64,000 nucleotides of DNA from Bacillus subtilis subsp. subtilis str. 168 (GTDB lineage: Bacteria; Bacillota; Bacilli; Bacillales; Bacillaceae). The DNA lies in contig NC_000964.3 in NCBI RefSeq assembly GCF_000009045.1, positions 3,720,001-3,784,000 on the forward strand, in the 5' to 3' direction. Positions 19,206 to 28,716 of this stretch are shown piece by piece (positions within the stretch are counted from its first letter, which is position 1; each line of letters begins with the position of its first letter). The translations under genes and the position numbers were made by a program. The notes beneath the pieces were generated by a model that searched no databases, had not been told where the DNA came from, and saw only the letters and a list, made by a program, of their open reading frames with translations.

Positions 19206-19982
19206 TCAGTCCTTTCCTTCATCCTGCTCTGTCACGAGAAGCTCAACGCCGTTTCGGTCAAGCAAGTCACAAAATGCCTGATTCGGCAGCCTGTCTGTAA
19301 TCAAGAGGTCGATTTCATTCAGCTCCGCATACTGATAAAAACTGGTGCTGCCCAGCTTAGAATGGTCTGCAAGCGCAATTACCTGCTTTGCCTGCTGTAT
19401 CATTTTCCGCTTCACCATGCCATCCTCTTCATGCGCAATTGTAATGCCATGTTCGGAAATGCCGACCACACCAATCAGCGCTTTATCAACATGGTAGCTT
19501 GAGAGCTTTTCAATCACAGAGGACCCGTACAGAAAGCGGTGCTCCTTTTCCAGCTTGCCTCCCAGCAGATAAATTTCAATTCCCTCTTTATCGGACAGCA
19601 CATCCGCAAGATTAATCGAATTGGTGATTACGGTACAATCAACCGCATTCAAATGCTTTGCACATGCCTGAACAGTTGTAGAGGCGTCTAAAATCACCCG
19701 GTCTCCATCATGAATAAGCGATGCTGCAAGCCTGCCGATCTTATTTTTTTCCTCAGACACTGTTTTCAGGCGGCCGGAATAGCTTTGAATTTTCTGATGC
19801 ACAGTCGGTAAAATGGCGCCGCCTCTTGTGCGGATGATGGCATTCTGTTCCTCAAGTTTCACAAGATCTCGTCGCGCTGTATCCCTTGACACTTGCAGGA
19901 GCGTACAGATCTGCTCCGTTGTAATTCGGTTATGCTGTTTTAAAAAATCCAAAATCGCTACTAATCTTTCTTCTTGGTACAC
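19206..19982 (-). CDS. glcR: DeoR-family repressor GlcR
   Basis: VSRDTARRDL HTH and LDASTT sugar-binding domain; GTG start (258 aa). Confidence 0.92.
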   Translation of the reverse strand: MYQEERLVAILDFLKQHNRITTEQICTLLQVSRDTARRDLVKLEEQNAIIRTRGGAILPTVHQKIQSYSGRLKTVSEEKNKIGRLAASLIHDGDRVILDASTTVQACAKHLNAVDCTVITNSINLADVLSDKEGIEIYLLGGKLEKEHRFLYGSSVIEKLSSYHVDKALIGVVGISEHGITIAHEEDGMVKRKMIQQAKQVIALADHSKLGSTSFYQYAELNEIDLLITDRLPNQAFCDLLDRNGVELLVTEQDEGKD

Positions 19983-20009
19983 GCCCTCATTCCTTTTCTC
20001 AGCAATCAT

Positions 20010-20068
20010 TTATAAGTAATTATAAGTTTTTATTTGATTTTATTCAACATTAATAAGTGATTTTAAGT
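20010..20068. promoter_or_regulatory. Four phased TAAGT direct repeats upstream of glcR (candidate operator)
   Basis: TAAGT at 20013, 20023, 20054 and 20064. Confidence 0.5.
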
Positions 20069-20205
20069 AAAAATGCGTCGAGAGAACCAATTTTTCCTAA
20101 GTAGGCAAAAAGAAAGAACCAGTCTGGTCGACTGGTCAATTTTGAGGGGATGATGCGAAGATCCGGATAATAGTGAATGGATAGATAACGGGAGGAGCAG
20201 GGGTG

Positions 20206-20547
20206 TCAATCAGCAGCTTTTTCCCGGGGTTTAGGGTCCATAAAACGAACAGTGTCAGCCAACACTTCTGTTACATACACGTTAACGCCTTCCTCGTTTT
20301 CATAGCTTCTTGTCTGAATCCGTCCGCTTACGCCGACGAGAGAACCTTTTTGGCAATACAACGCCGTGTTTTCAGCTGTTTTTCTCCAAAGTGTGCAATT
20401 GACGTAATCAGCTTCGATTTCACCTGAAGCATTCTTGAAGCTGCGGTTCACCGCGAGCGTAACATGTGCAACTGCCGCACCGGCGGAAGTGTAGCGAAGA
20501 TCAGGATCTTTTGTAAGACGTCCGACAAGCATGACCTGATTGAACAT
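20206..20547 (-). CDS. ssbB: Single-stranded DNA-binding protein SsbB (competence)
   Basis: OB fold [13 protein letters not shown] and [12 protein letters not shown]; short, without the acidic tail. Confidence 0.95.
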   Translation of the reverse strand: MFNQVMLVGRLTKDPDLRYTSAGAAVAHVTLAVNRSFKNASGEIEADYVNCTLWRKTAENTALYCQKGSLVGVSGRIQTRSYENEEGVNVYVTEVLADTVRFMDPKPREKAAD

Positions 20548-20623
20548 GCGATTCCTCCTCTCCTTGCGGTTGTATGTATTGTAAATGATGCAACAAGAAA
20601 AGAAAAACGCTTAAAAATGGCTT

Positions 20624-21007
20624 TCAGCCTCTGTTTTTATCTTTCGTTTTCATTTTTCCTTCAGCTAAAAACATCTTTTGCTTTTTTCCTTTGAAGAAAT
20701 ATGTACTTTTTAAAAAACGGAAAAAGATTTGCTTTGTCAGCCAGTTTTGCGTATTCATGCGCACATAGGAAGAGCCATCCCACGCAAACCACTGAAAGCT
20801 CAATTTTTTTTCCGGCATTGACAGCTTGATTTTATACTGCTCCATGCCATCTTGTGTTTCGTATAAAAAACTTATTCTTCCTTTTTTGTTCAGATGAACC
20901 TCAAACACTTCTTTACGGCTTAACATATATGTTACTTCCTTTTGAATCAAATGACTTTCAGAAGGAACGCCGTCAATATAAATTTCTTTTAAACGAAATT
21001 GATTCAT
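20624..21007 (-). CDS. ywpG: Hypothetical protein
   Basis: 127-aa ORF with GGAGAG RBS; position in known gene order. Confidence 0.7.
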   Translation of the reverse strand: MNQFRLKEIYIDGVPSESHLIQKEVTYMLSRKEVFEVHLNKKGRISFLYETQDGMEQYKIKLSMPEKKLSFQWFAWDGSSYVRMNTQNWLTKQIFFRFLKSTYFFKGKKQKMFLAEGKMKTKDKNRG

Positions 21008-21181
21008 ACCACATCTCTCCGTAATCCATAGTCAGTTACAGTATAATGAAAAAATAGAAATTATTAAATGTTTCGCTCATACAAAATTCTTTAGCCCCAA
21101 CATTGCAGGATTTTTTCCTCGAAAACGTTTATGTTATAATGGAAGGCAAGAAAACTTTGGAAGTAATCGGGGTGAGAAGAA

Positions 21182-21592
21182 ATGAAAACCTTTAAACTGG
21201 TTGACCTGAATGTGGAACGAGTGGACAAGGAAGAACAATCAATTGAACAGTTTCCCCTTATTGACGGACTGATTATAAATAAAGAAGACGGTGAAAATCA
21301 CTGGCTGATTGAGGCGCTTGTACAGAAAGAACATCTGTCTTTTTTTGAACAGCTTCAAAACAGCCAATCTGAAGCCAAAGTATTTGTAACGATCACGAAA
21401 AAAAGCAATCGCCCCGCCCAGCTGACAGCAGCAGTGAAAAATATCGTCAAGCTGGAAGAAAGCATTCAGGTTTTACTCTACGGACAAATGGTCACAAGAA
21501 AACAGCAGGGCACTGAAACCATTCTCGAGTCCCTTGTAAAAGAGGGCTATACAGGAACAAAACTCATTGAGGCATTTAAGCAAAAATTATAA
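21182..21592 (+). CDS. ywpF: YwpF-family protein
   Basis: DGLIINKEDGENHWLIEAL motif; 136 aa. Confidence 0.8.
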   Translation: MKTFKLVDLNVERVDKEEQSIEQFPLIDGLIINKEDGENHWLIEALVQKEHLSFFEQLQNSQSEAKVFVTITKKSNRPAQLTAAVKNIVKLEESIQVLLYGQMVTRKQQGTETILESLVKEGYTGTKLIEAFKQKL

Positions 21593-21674
21593 ATATGAGG
21601 GGGCATGTTCCCCAAAACAGACTCAGAACCGAAGAGCATCACAATAGACATTTAGAATAGATATGTTCTGCATG

Positions 21675-21705
21675 AAAAAAGCTGCCGTTTTGAACGGCAG
21701 CTTTT
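21675..21705. terminator. Bidirectional terminator, ywpF/ywpE
   Basis: AAAAGCTGCCGTT-TTG-AACGGCAGCTTTT. Confidence 0.85.
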
Positions 21706-21731
21706 CTCTTCGTGCTTTCACTCTTGCATAT

Positions 21732-22121
21732 TTAATTTGTATGGCCAAAAGAATCAACCAATTCCCCTTTCACAACGAGGCGCCCTTCGGTTTTGACCGC
21801 CTTGTCACATGTGATTAACGTAATCTCCTTTTTGTTTGTCTCCTCAACTACATCTGCATCCATTTCCGATATGATGTCTTTCGATGTTACAGAATAGATA
21901 TAATCCTTTTTAAAATCCGTGATGACAATTTGGGCACCTGTTTTTATGTTTTCCAGAGGTCCGAACAGAAGATTCTTTTGCTTCAAATGATGGCCCGCCA
22001 ACGGATAATTTCCCTCACCCATTTTTTGATCCCGGCGCATTGTTGCCGCCCCTATCAAAAGATTTTCATTGGTTGTGCCTTTTACGATCGGAAGCTCCAG
22101 ATCGACACTTTTAATTGTTAT
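21732..22121 (-). pseudogene. ywpE: 5'-truncated sortase (catalytic His/Cys/Arg kept; no signal anchor, no proper start)
   Basis: NYPLAGHH, LITCD and GRLVV motifs. Sortase-like sequence ITIKSVDLELPIVKGTTNENLLIGAATM continues upstream of the first usable start codon. Confidence 0.8.
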
Positions 22122-22206
22122 CCGCCGCCTTGATTGTGAAGTAAAAATAAGTATATTTCACGTGCTTTCGACGTTCTCCACTTGACTGGAATGCTTTAAT
22201 GGCGAT

Positions 22207-22347
22207 CCCGGCATCTGTAGCTTCAGGCTTTCCTTCAGAGGAATCAGAAATCTCAAACTCTATTTTCTCAGTGTTCAGCACATAACCGGCTGGCGCTTTC
22301 GTTTCAACAAAAGCGTATTGTCCCGGTGCAAGGCCTGAAGCTGTGAC
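22207..22347 (-). pseudogene. Fragment of a SpaA/Cna-B-like repeat from a cell-wall-anchored surface protein
   Basis: Minus-strand VTASGLAPGQYAFVETKAPAGYVLNTEKIEFEI matches the GLxPGxYxxxETKAPxGY pattern; no start, no sorting signal. Confidence 0.75.
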
Positions 22348-23220
22348 TTGATGATGCCGGATATGACTGGTTTCGAAGTCTGTATGAAAATTCGCGAACG
22401 ATTCAGCATGGTTGATCTTCCGGTTCTGATCATTACAGCTGCCATTATCGGCCATGACAAATACAAGGCTTTTCATGCCGGAGCGAATGACATTTTGCAA
22501 AAACCCTATCATTACTCTGAATTTATGGCGCGTATTCAAAACCTGATAATGATGAAACATACAGCAAATCAAGCCACAAGAATGGAAATGGCGTTTCTCC
22601 AGTCGCAAATCAAGCCTCATTTTCTTTATAATGTATTAAACACGATTATTTCTCTCACTCATTTGGATATTGAAAAGGCCCGGGAGGTAACAGAGGAATT
22701 TACCAACTATTTAAGAATGAGTTTTGACTTTCAAAATACATCAGCCATCAGTTCCTTCAGACATGAGCTTTCGATTATCAATTCCTATCTTTCTATAGAA
22801 AAGACGCGATTCAGTAATCGGCTTGAGGTTCTTTTCGATATAGATGAAGACATTGACTTTATCCTTCCGCCTTTAATGATTCAGCCCTTGGTGGAAAATG
22901 CCGTTCTTCACGGTGTCAGCAAGAAAAGAGGCGGAGGATGGATCAAACTGACAGCTAAAAAACAAAGCAAAAATGAGTATCACATCAAAGTAGAGGATAA
23001 CGGTCCCGGGATAACTCCGGAAAAACAAATAGATCTCTTATCAACGGATTTTGATCGCAGCGTCGGATTGAAAAATATCAATCAGCGGCTGAAACATTTT
23101 TGCGGAAGCGAGTTGATGATCAGCAGCACTCCGGATGCAGGCACCTCTGTCTCAATGCTCATTCATCTCGCTGAAACAACAGGAAGCCCTAAAGAACTGA
23201 AGGACACAGAACGAACCTAA
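22345..23220 (+). pseudogene. ywpD: C-terminal remnant of a hybrid sensor kinase (partial receiver, LytS-type HisKA, HATPase_c)
   Basis: Begins at receiver DLMMPDMTGFEVC; then ITA and GANDILQKP; H-box QIKPHFLYNVLNTI, QPLVENAVLHG and EDNGPG. No RBS at the break. Confidence 0.8.
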
Positions 23221-23234
23221 ACGAAAATTGAGAT

Positions 23235-23268
23235 AAAAAAAGACGCCGTTTCTAACGGCATCTTTTTT
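23235..23268. terminator. Bidirectional terminator, ywpD/mscL
   Basis: AAAAAAAGACGCCGTT-TCT-AACGGCATCTTTTTT. Confidence 0.8.
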
Positions 23269-23659
23269 ATTCCGGCGACTTTGCTTGCTGCTTCAGCAGG
23301 TCTCTGATTTCTTTCAGCAGCTCCTCCTGCGCATCCACCGCTTCCTCCGCAGCCTCTTCTTCTGCTTCTTTTTTGCGCCTTAACCCATTCAAAGTCCGAA
23401 TGACGATAAAAATGGAGAACGATATAATTAAGAAGTTCACAATCGTCTGTATAAAGCTGCCATATTTCACTACAGCATCGCCAAACGTAAACGACAGGCC
23501 TGAAAAGTCAAGCCCTCCCAGCAGCAAACCGACCAAAGGCATAATGATATCATTTACTAGAGATGTGACGATCTTTCCGAAAGCGCCGCCTATCACAACA
23601 CCAATCGCAAGGTCTACGATATTCCCCCGCATGGCAAAGGCTTTAAATTCATTCCACAT
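23267..23659 (-). CDS. mscL: Large-conductance mechanosensitive channel
   Basis: [28 protein letters not shown] and LLKEIRDLL; start at 23659 follows AGGTGA. Confidence 0.97.
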   Translation of the reverse strand: MWNEFKAFAMRGNIVDLAIGVVIGGAFGKIVTSLVNDIIMPLVGLLLGGLDFSGLSFTFGDAVVKYGSFIQTIVNFLIISFSIFIVIRTLNGLRRKKEAEEEAAEEAVDAQEELLKEIRDLLKQQAKSPE

Positions 23660-23691
23660 ACAATCACCTGCTTTTCTATATTTGTAAAGAA

Positions 23692-23728
23692 AAAAAGACA
23701 AATGTGCCGCTGGCCATCTGCCTTTTTT
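23692..23728 (-). terminator. fabZ terminator
   Basis: Minus strand AGGCAGATG...CATTTGTCT followed by a T-run. Confidence 0.6.
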
Positions 23729-23731
23729 CAA

Positions 23732-24157
23732 TTATTCTCCGAGGGCAAAAGTCAGTTCTACTTCGCAAACGACTTCGCCATCAACTGTGGCAACGCCTTT
23801 TCCGCGCCCGATTGTGCCGCGGGCACGAATGATTTCAACCTCAAGGTGAAGCTGGTCACCAGGCTTGACTTGTTTTTTAAAGCGGCAGTTATCAATGCCT
23901 GCAAAAAAAGCCAGTCTGCCGCGGTTTTCTTCTTTAATCAACATCGCAACAGCTCCGACTTGAGCGAGTGCTTCTACGATTAATACGCCGGGCATAACCG
24001 GGTACTGAGGAAAATGTCCGTTAAAGAACTCTTCATTAGCGGTTACATTTTTATAGCCTTTTGCCCGTTTGCCCTCTTCAACTTCCGTAATCCGATCCAC
24101 AAGCAAAAACGGATAACGGTGAGGAATAATTTCTTTAATTTGCTGAGTATCAAGCAT
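23732..24157 (-). CDS. fabZ: 3-hydroxyacyl-ACP dehydratase
   Basis: [11 protein letters not shown] and [20 protein letters not shown]; start follows AAGGAG (141 aa). Confidence 0.96.
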   Translation of the reverse strand: MLDTQQIKEIIPHRYPFLLVDRITEVEEGKRAKGYKNVTANEEFFNGHFPQYPVMPGVLIVEALAQVGAVAMLIKEENRGRLAFFAGIDNCRFKKQVKPGDQLHLEVEIIRARGTIGRGKGVATVDGEVVCEVELTFALGE

Positions 24158-24268
24158 TGTCTTGACATCTCCTTCATCTGCATTAGTATGTATAGCAATC
24201 ATCAAAGATCCAATCTGTACATTTGAAAAGTATATTATGAATTAATCTCTTTTTCAACCGCGCTAAAA

Positions 24269-24297
24269 TGTAACCAACTGTCAATGAGAGCCGTCAA
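24269..24297 (+). promoter_or_regulatory. ECF sigma (SigX/SigM-type) promoter of rapD
   Basis: TGTAAC-N17-CGTCAA. Confidence 0.65.
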
Positions 24298-24348
24298 AAG
24301 TTATGATATGATAATTATAGATTTTACCAATAGCAAAGAGGTAGGAAA

Positions 24349-25413
24349 ATGATTTCGAAGTTTATTGAAAAAAGAATGCTAAACATGTTAGACGAGTGGT
24401 ATTCCGCAATGAGCAAACGCAAAATGAATCACGTTTGCACACTGAAAGAGAAAATTGATCAGCACCTTCCAAAGATCAAAAAGAACACAAAACTTTGGAT
24501 GCGTTATCAATTGTTTCAGGCCCGCCATCAGCTGCTTTTTGAAAACCAGAACGGACTCGATTCATTGTTCGATGGCCTATATGGCCTGGAAGACAAAATG
24601 GATGATGAATTGAAATATTATCTGTATTTTTTCTCTGGGTTATATGAGATGGTAAAAACAGCTCCGAAACATGCAGTACATCATTTTAAAAAAGCTGAAC
24701 AGTACCTGGCCGCCATTCACAATACGTTTGAAGCCGCTGATTTATATTATCAAACCGCCGGCGCCTATTACTTGATGAAATCACCGCCGCTTTCCGTCCA
24801 ATACGTCAAAAAAGCATTACACATCTATTTGCACCAATTCGGCTATATCAAAAAGGTAATCACCTGTAAACTTTTGCTCGCCGTGAATTATATTGATCAA
24901 GAACGCTATGAAAAAGCTGAACAGCTTTTCAAAGAAATCATTAAGAAAACCCAGCAACTACATGACGAAAACCTGCTATGCCACGCTTATTATAACCTTG
25001 GCTTTTTAAAAGCGACCGAGAAAAAAGACCAGGAAGCGCTTCTTTACTTTAGAAAAGTATTAAAGAATCAAGAATTTGAAATGAATTCACCAGTCTCATA
25101 TCTTCATTGTGTGTACGAGTCTGTCAGAGCGCTTTTTAAAACAGGGAACATCACAGAAGCTAAAGCCGTCCTTCAAAAAGGAAAAGAATTATCTGAAAAG
25201 GTAGACATTCAAACCATTTATTTAAAATTAAAAACGCTTGAAGCCCTCTACACATCAGCCGAAGACCCTTATGAGCAGCTGCTCGAATATGTGCTTGAAT
25301 TAGAAAAAATCGAGGCGTGGGTGGATTTAGAAGTGCTGTTAGAAGATATTACGGAATACTACAAAAAAAAGGACGATTTCGAAAAAGCCGCTTTTTTTAT
25401 CATGCGCGGCTGA
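24349..25413 (+). CDS. rapD: Rap-family TPR regulator RapD
   Basis: Rap/TPR pattern (YYLYFFSGLYE, AYYNLGFL); no phr gene downstream. Confidence 0.9.
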   Translation: MISKFIEKRMLNMLDEWYSAMSKRKMNHVCTLKEKIDQHLPKIKKNTKLWMRYQLFQARHQLLFENQNGLDSLFDGLYGLEDKMDDELKYYLYFFSGLYEMVKTAPKHAVHHFKKAEQYLAAIHNTFEAADLYYQTAGAYYLMKSPPLSVQYVKKALHIYLHQFGYIKKVITCKLLLAVNYIDQERYEKAEQLFKEIIKKTQQLHDENLLCHAYYNLGFLKATEKKDQEALLYFRKVLKNQEFEMNSPVSYLHCVYESVRALFKTGNITEAKAVLQKGKELSEKVDIQTIYLKLKTLEALYTSAEDPYEQLLEYVLELEKIEAWVDLEVLLEDITEYYKKKDDFEKAAFFIMRG

Positions 25414-25435
25414 TTGAAAAACGCCCATTTTCTTA

Positions 25436-26245
25436 TTATCTGACTGAATTGATTAAACCGAGCATTTGATCTCCCATTGTGATCGTTCTGCTGTTCAGCT
25501 GATATGAACGCTGGGACGTGATCAAATCTGTCATTTGTTCTGAAATATCGACATTGGACATCTCAAGTGAGCCCTGCTGCATGCCGATGTTTTGTCTATT
25601 AGCGCCGTTCAGCTCTTCAAAAGCTGCCGCATTATCAATAGAGAAAAGGTTATTCCCTTCGGATTTCAGCTCTTGAGGGTTATTCACTTGGACAACGCCA
25701 AGATTAAACCGCTGAACCGCGTTTCCGTCAGATGCGGTTAAGGTGCCGTTCTTATTAATGGTGATATTCTTCATTGAGCTGTCGATGTTCACTGTATTGC
25801 CGTTCTCATCAAGTACGGGATACCCATTTCCAGTGACGAGCTGCAGCTGGTTGGCATTCGCAGCGGACGGCGTTACATACAGCGCCCCGTCCCTCGTATA
25901 CTGGCGGTTTCCATTTACATTTACCTGAAGATACTGGTATGGAGACGTAAATGCGATATCCAGATCGCGATCGGTCTTCTGAATGCTTCCTTGATCAGAG
26001 ACTAGGCGTGAACTCATCATCGCTCCGACGCCAAGGCGCAAGCCGGGCGGCGTTTTTCGGGCTTTTGCCACTTCCTCGTTTTTTTCATCAACCTGATCGA
26101 ATTGCTGTCTGACAAGCTCAGAAAAATTCGTATCTTTTGCCTTATAGCCGGTTGTGTTGCTGTTTGAAAGGTTGCTGCTGATTGTGTCAATCTGCTGCTG
26201 CAGCTGGTTTAAGGTTGTTGATGCCGTTAGCATTGACCTGAGCAT
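25436..26245 (-). CDS. flhP: Flagellar rod protein FlhP
   Basis: SNLSNSNTTGYK, YTRDG and LEMSNVD flagellar rod/hook motifs. Confidence 0.93.
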   Translation of the reverse strand: MLRSMLTASTTLNQLQQQIDTISSNLSNSNTTGYKAKDTNFSELVRQQFDQVDEKNEEVAKARKTPPGLRLGVGAMMSSRLVSDQGSIQKTDRDLDIAFTSPYQYLQVNVNGNRQYTRDGALYVTPSAANANQLQLVTGNGYPVLDENGNTVNIDSSMKNITINKNGTLTASDGNAVQRFNLGVVQVNNPQELKSEGNNLFSIDNAAAFEELNGANRQNIGMQQGSLEMSNVDISEQMTDLITSQRSYQLNSRTITMGDQMLGLINSVR

Positions 26246-26278
26246 AGTTGATGTCCCCCGTTTTTTTCTTCCGTTTTC

Positions 26279-27091
26279 TTAAATTTTTCCAATTTCATTT
26301 GCTGCTTTATCCATACTTTTATCGTAAGCCTGAATAACCTTCTGATTCGCCTCAAACGATCTGTACGCTTCAGTCATTTCTGTATAGGCGCTTGTCACAT
26401 CCACGTTTGAAAGCTCTGAGACGCCTTGTTTTAATGAATAGGCTACCTGATTATTTCCGGCTGCGCTTGGCAGATCATTACCGTCCGCCGTGCTGTACAA
26501 ATCATTTCCGTCCCGTTTGAGATTGCGGACATCTTCCGCCATTCTGACATCAATCTGGCCGGCTGTGCGTCCGTTCGTTGTCACAGTACCGTTTTCAGAC
26601 ACAGTGAAATTCTCATTATCAACAGTGATTGGCTGGCGATCCGTCGATAAAATAGGGCGTCCGTTGATCGTCAGCTGATTGTTCTCATTTAGTGAAAATG
26701 TGCTGCTTTTTGAATAACGGATTCCATCCGCTGTTTGAACCGGATAAAAAAGAGCAGCTTTTTCATTGGTTTCCGCACTCATCGGAACTTGATTTTCGAT
26801 CAATGCAATGTCTGTAGGCTGGTCTGTGGACTTCAGGCTTCCCTGTGTAAAGAGAGGCTTGAGCTCCTGCATATATACTCCGGTATTCACGGAACCGATT
26901 TCCGTCCTTGATGTCCCGGCCGGAGATTTTGATTCTATTCTGCTGAGCAGCATCTCAGGGAACGCGCGCATAGAGCCTTGATCAGCTTTATATCCTGATG
27001 TATTTGCGTTAGCAATATTATTTGAAAGCATTTCCGTTCTTCGCTGCTGGGCAATCATTGCGGATGTTGCTGTATATAATCCTTTTAACAA
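26279..27091 (-). CDS. flhO: Flagellar rod protein FlhO
   Basis: SNNIANANTSGYK and ELSNVD; TTG start follows AGAGGTGG (270 aa). Confidence 0.93.
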   Translation of the reverse strand: MLKGLYTATSAMIAQQRRTEMLSNNIANANTSGYKADQGSMRAFPEMLLSRIESKSPAGTSRTEIGSVNTGVYMQELKPLFTQGSLKSTDQPTDIALIENQVPMSAETNEKAALFYPVQTADGIRYSKSSTFSLNENNQLTINGRPILSTDRQPITVDNENFTVSENGTVTTNGRTAGQIDVRMAEDVRNLKRDGNDLYSTADGNDLPSAAGNNQVAYSLKQGVSELSNVDVTSAYTEMTEAYRSFEANQKVIQAYDKSMDKAANEIGKI

Positions 27092-27175
27092 ATTTCCCAC
27101 CTCTAAAAATGGCATTTTTTCCAGTTGTCATATAGGAACGTTCGTTCTATAATAAAAACTCAGTATTTTATCCTA

Positions 27176-27203
27176 TTATCGTCATTTAACATCTTTTCGT
27201 GAA
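27176..27203 (-). promoter_or_regulatory. Candidate SigD promoter of flhOP
   Basis: Minus strand TTCA-N16-GACGATAA versus consensus TAAA-N15/16-GCCGATAT. Confidence 0.45.
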
Positions 27204-27218
27204 GGCTTTTTCATAAAA

Positions 27219-27247
27219 AAACCTCATTCTTTTTCAGAATGAGGTTT
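27219..27247 (-). terminator. mbl terminator
   Basis: AAACCTCATTCT-TTTTC-AGAATGAGGTTT. Confidence 0.8.
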
Positions 27248-27253
27248 GTGAAA

Positions 27254-28255
27254 TCAGCTTAGTTTGCGTTTAGGAAGCTTGTCCATATTATCAAGCATGA
27301 CACCTGTGCCGATGGCTACGCAATCCATAGGATTTTCAGCAACGAGGACCGGTACCTTCAGCTCTTCAGCAAGCAGCTGGTCAAGGCCGTTTAAGAGCGC
27401 GCCTCCGCCGGTAATAATAACGCCGCGGTCAATAATATCAGCAGAAAGTTCAGGCGGTGTTCTTTCGAGCACTTGTTTTGCAGCCTGAACAATAACAGCG
27501 ACAGATTCACGAAGGGCTTCTTCAACTTCTTTACTGTTTACTGTAATTGTTCTTGGAAGACCGGAAACCATGTCCCGTCCGCGAATGGAAATTTCCTCGT
27601 GACGTGCGTCTGGGAAAACAGTTGCGACTTTAATCTTAATATCCTCCGCAGTACGTTCGCCGATCAGCAGCTTGTACTCGCGTTTGATATAATTTAAGAT
27701 TTCCATGTCAAACTTGTCCCCAGCCATTTTAATAGAAGAGGAGGTGACAATATCGCCCATTGAAATAACCGCGATATCCGTCGTCCCGCCTCCGATGTCT
27801 ACAACCATGTTACCGCTTGGCTGGAATATTTCCATACCCGCGCCGATAGCGGCAACTTTAGGTTCTTCTTCAAGGTACACATGTTTCCCGCCGCTTTTTT
27901 CTGCAGCTTCTTTAATTGCTTTTTGCTCAACGGATGTAATATTCGTCGGGCAGCAAATGAGCATGCGCGGCTTTGAGAACAGGCCTTTTACATTCAGCTT
28001 GTTAATAAAATGTTTCAGCATTGCTTCTGTTACTTCAAAGTCAGCAATAACTCCGTCTTTCAGCGGGCGAATCGCAACAATATTCCCAGGTGTACGTCCA
28101 ACCATTCGTCTTGCCTCTTCGCCAACCGCCAGCACTTTGCCGCTGTTTTTATCAAGTGCAACAACGGAAGGTTCATTCAGAACAATTCCTTTACCTTTAA
28201 CATGGATCAGTACATTTGCAGTACCGAGGTCAATACCAATATCCCTTGCAAACAT
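27254..28255 (-). CDS. mbl: MreB-like actin homologue Mbl
   Basis: GIDLGTAN, VVDIGGGTTD and TGGGALL motifs. Confidence 0.97.
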   Translation of the reverse strand: MFARDIGIDLGTANVLIHVKGKGIVLNEPSVVALDKNSGKVLAVGEEARRMVGRTPGNIVAIRPLKDGVIADFEVTEAMLKHFINKLNVKGLFSKPRMLICCPTNITSVEQKAIKEAAEKSGGKHVYLEEEPKVAAIGAGMEIFQPSGNMVVDIGGGTTDIAVISMGDIVTSSSIKMAGDKFDMEILNYIKREYKLLIGERTAEDIKIKVATVFPDARHEEISIRGRDMVSGLPRTITVNSKEVEEALRESVAVIVQAAKQVLERTPPELSADIIDRGVIITGGGALLNGLDQLLAEELKVPVLVAENPMDCVAIGTGVMLDNMDKLPKRKLS

Positions 28256-28420
28256 CTATTTATATCCTCCTTGAAAATCTGTTTCACAGTAAATATCCAC
28301 ATTGTGCCCTAATTATATATATTATCATAAAATATAGAAAAAAAGTTGGAAGCACAATAAGTTCTTTACAAATTTTTGCGGATGTTTTATGAACGATTTC
28401 AAGAAGGCAATGCCAGGTGA

Positions 28421-28702
28421 TTACGATTGCTGAACAGGCTCTCCTTCGAGAATTTCATCTTTTTTATATTTGAGCTTTGTCGCTTCTCCTCCTCTTAAAT
28501 GCCTGATGGATTTATGATAATCGAGTATTTCTTTCACTTCGTTTGCCAAGTCGGGGTTAATTTCAGGCAGACGCTCTGTTAAATCCTTGTGTACTGTACT
28601 TTTGGAAACACCAAATTCCTTCGCAATGACACGAACGGTTTTCTTTGTCTCCACGATGTACTTCCCTATCTTGATTGTTCGCTCTTTGATGTAATCGTGC
28701 AC
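28421..28702 (-). CDS. spoIIID: Mother-cell transcription factor SpoIIID
   Basis: HDYIKERTIKIGKYIVETKKTVR...GVSKSTVHKDLTERL; GTG start. Confidence 0.97.
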   Translation of the reverse strand: MHDYIKERTIKIGKYIVETKKTVRVIAKEFGVSKSTVHKDLTERLPEINPDLANEVKEILDYHKSIRHLRGGEATKLKYKKDEILEGEPVQQS

Positions 28703-28716
28703 ACCACTCGACCTCC

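Noticed and set aside
20600-20680. AAAA-N5-TTTT ComK-like boxes near ssbB (20667-20679 perfect, 20613-20625 one mismatch)
   Set aside because: The spacing between them does not fit the paired-box geometry I know and the region is very AT-rich, so I could not support specific sites.
22111-22620. 169-aa minus-strand ORF as a real gene
   Set aside because: Its first ~90 codons are just the antisense of ywpD and have no RBS; only 22207-22347 carries recognisable (SpaA-like) sequence.
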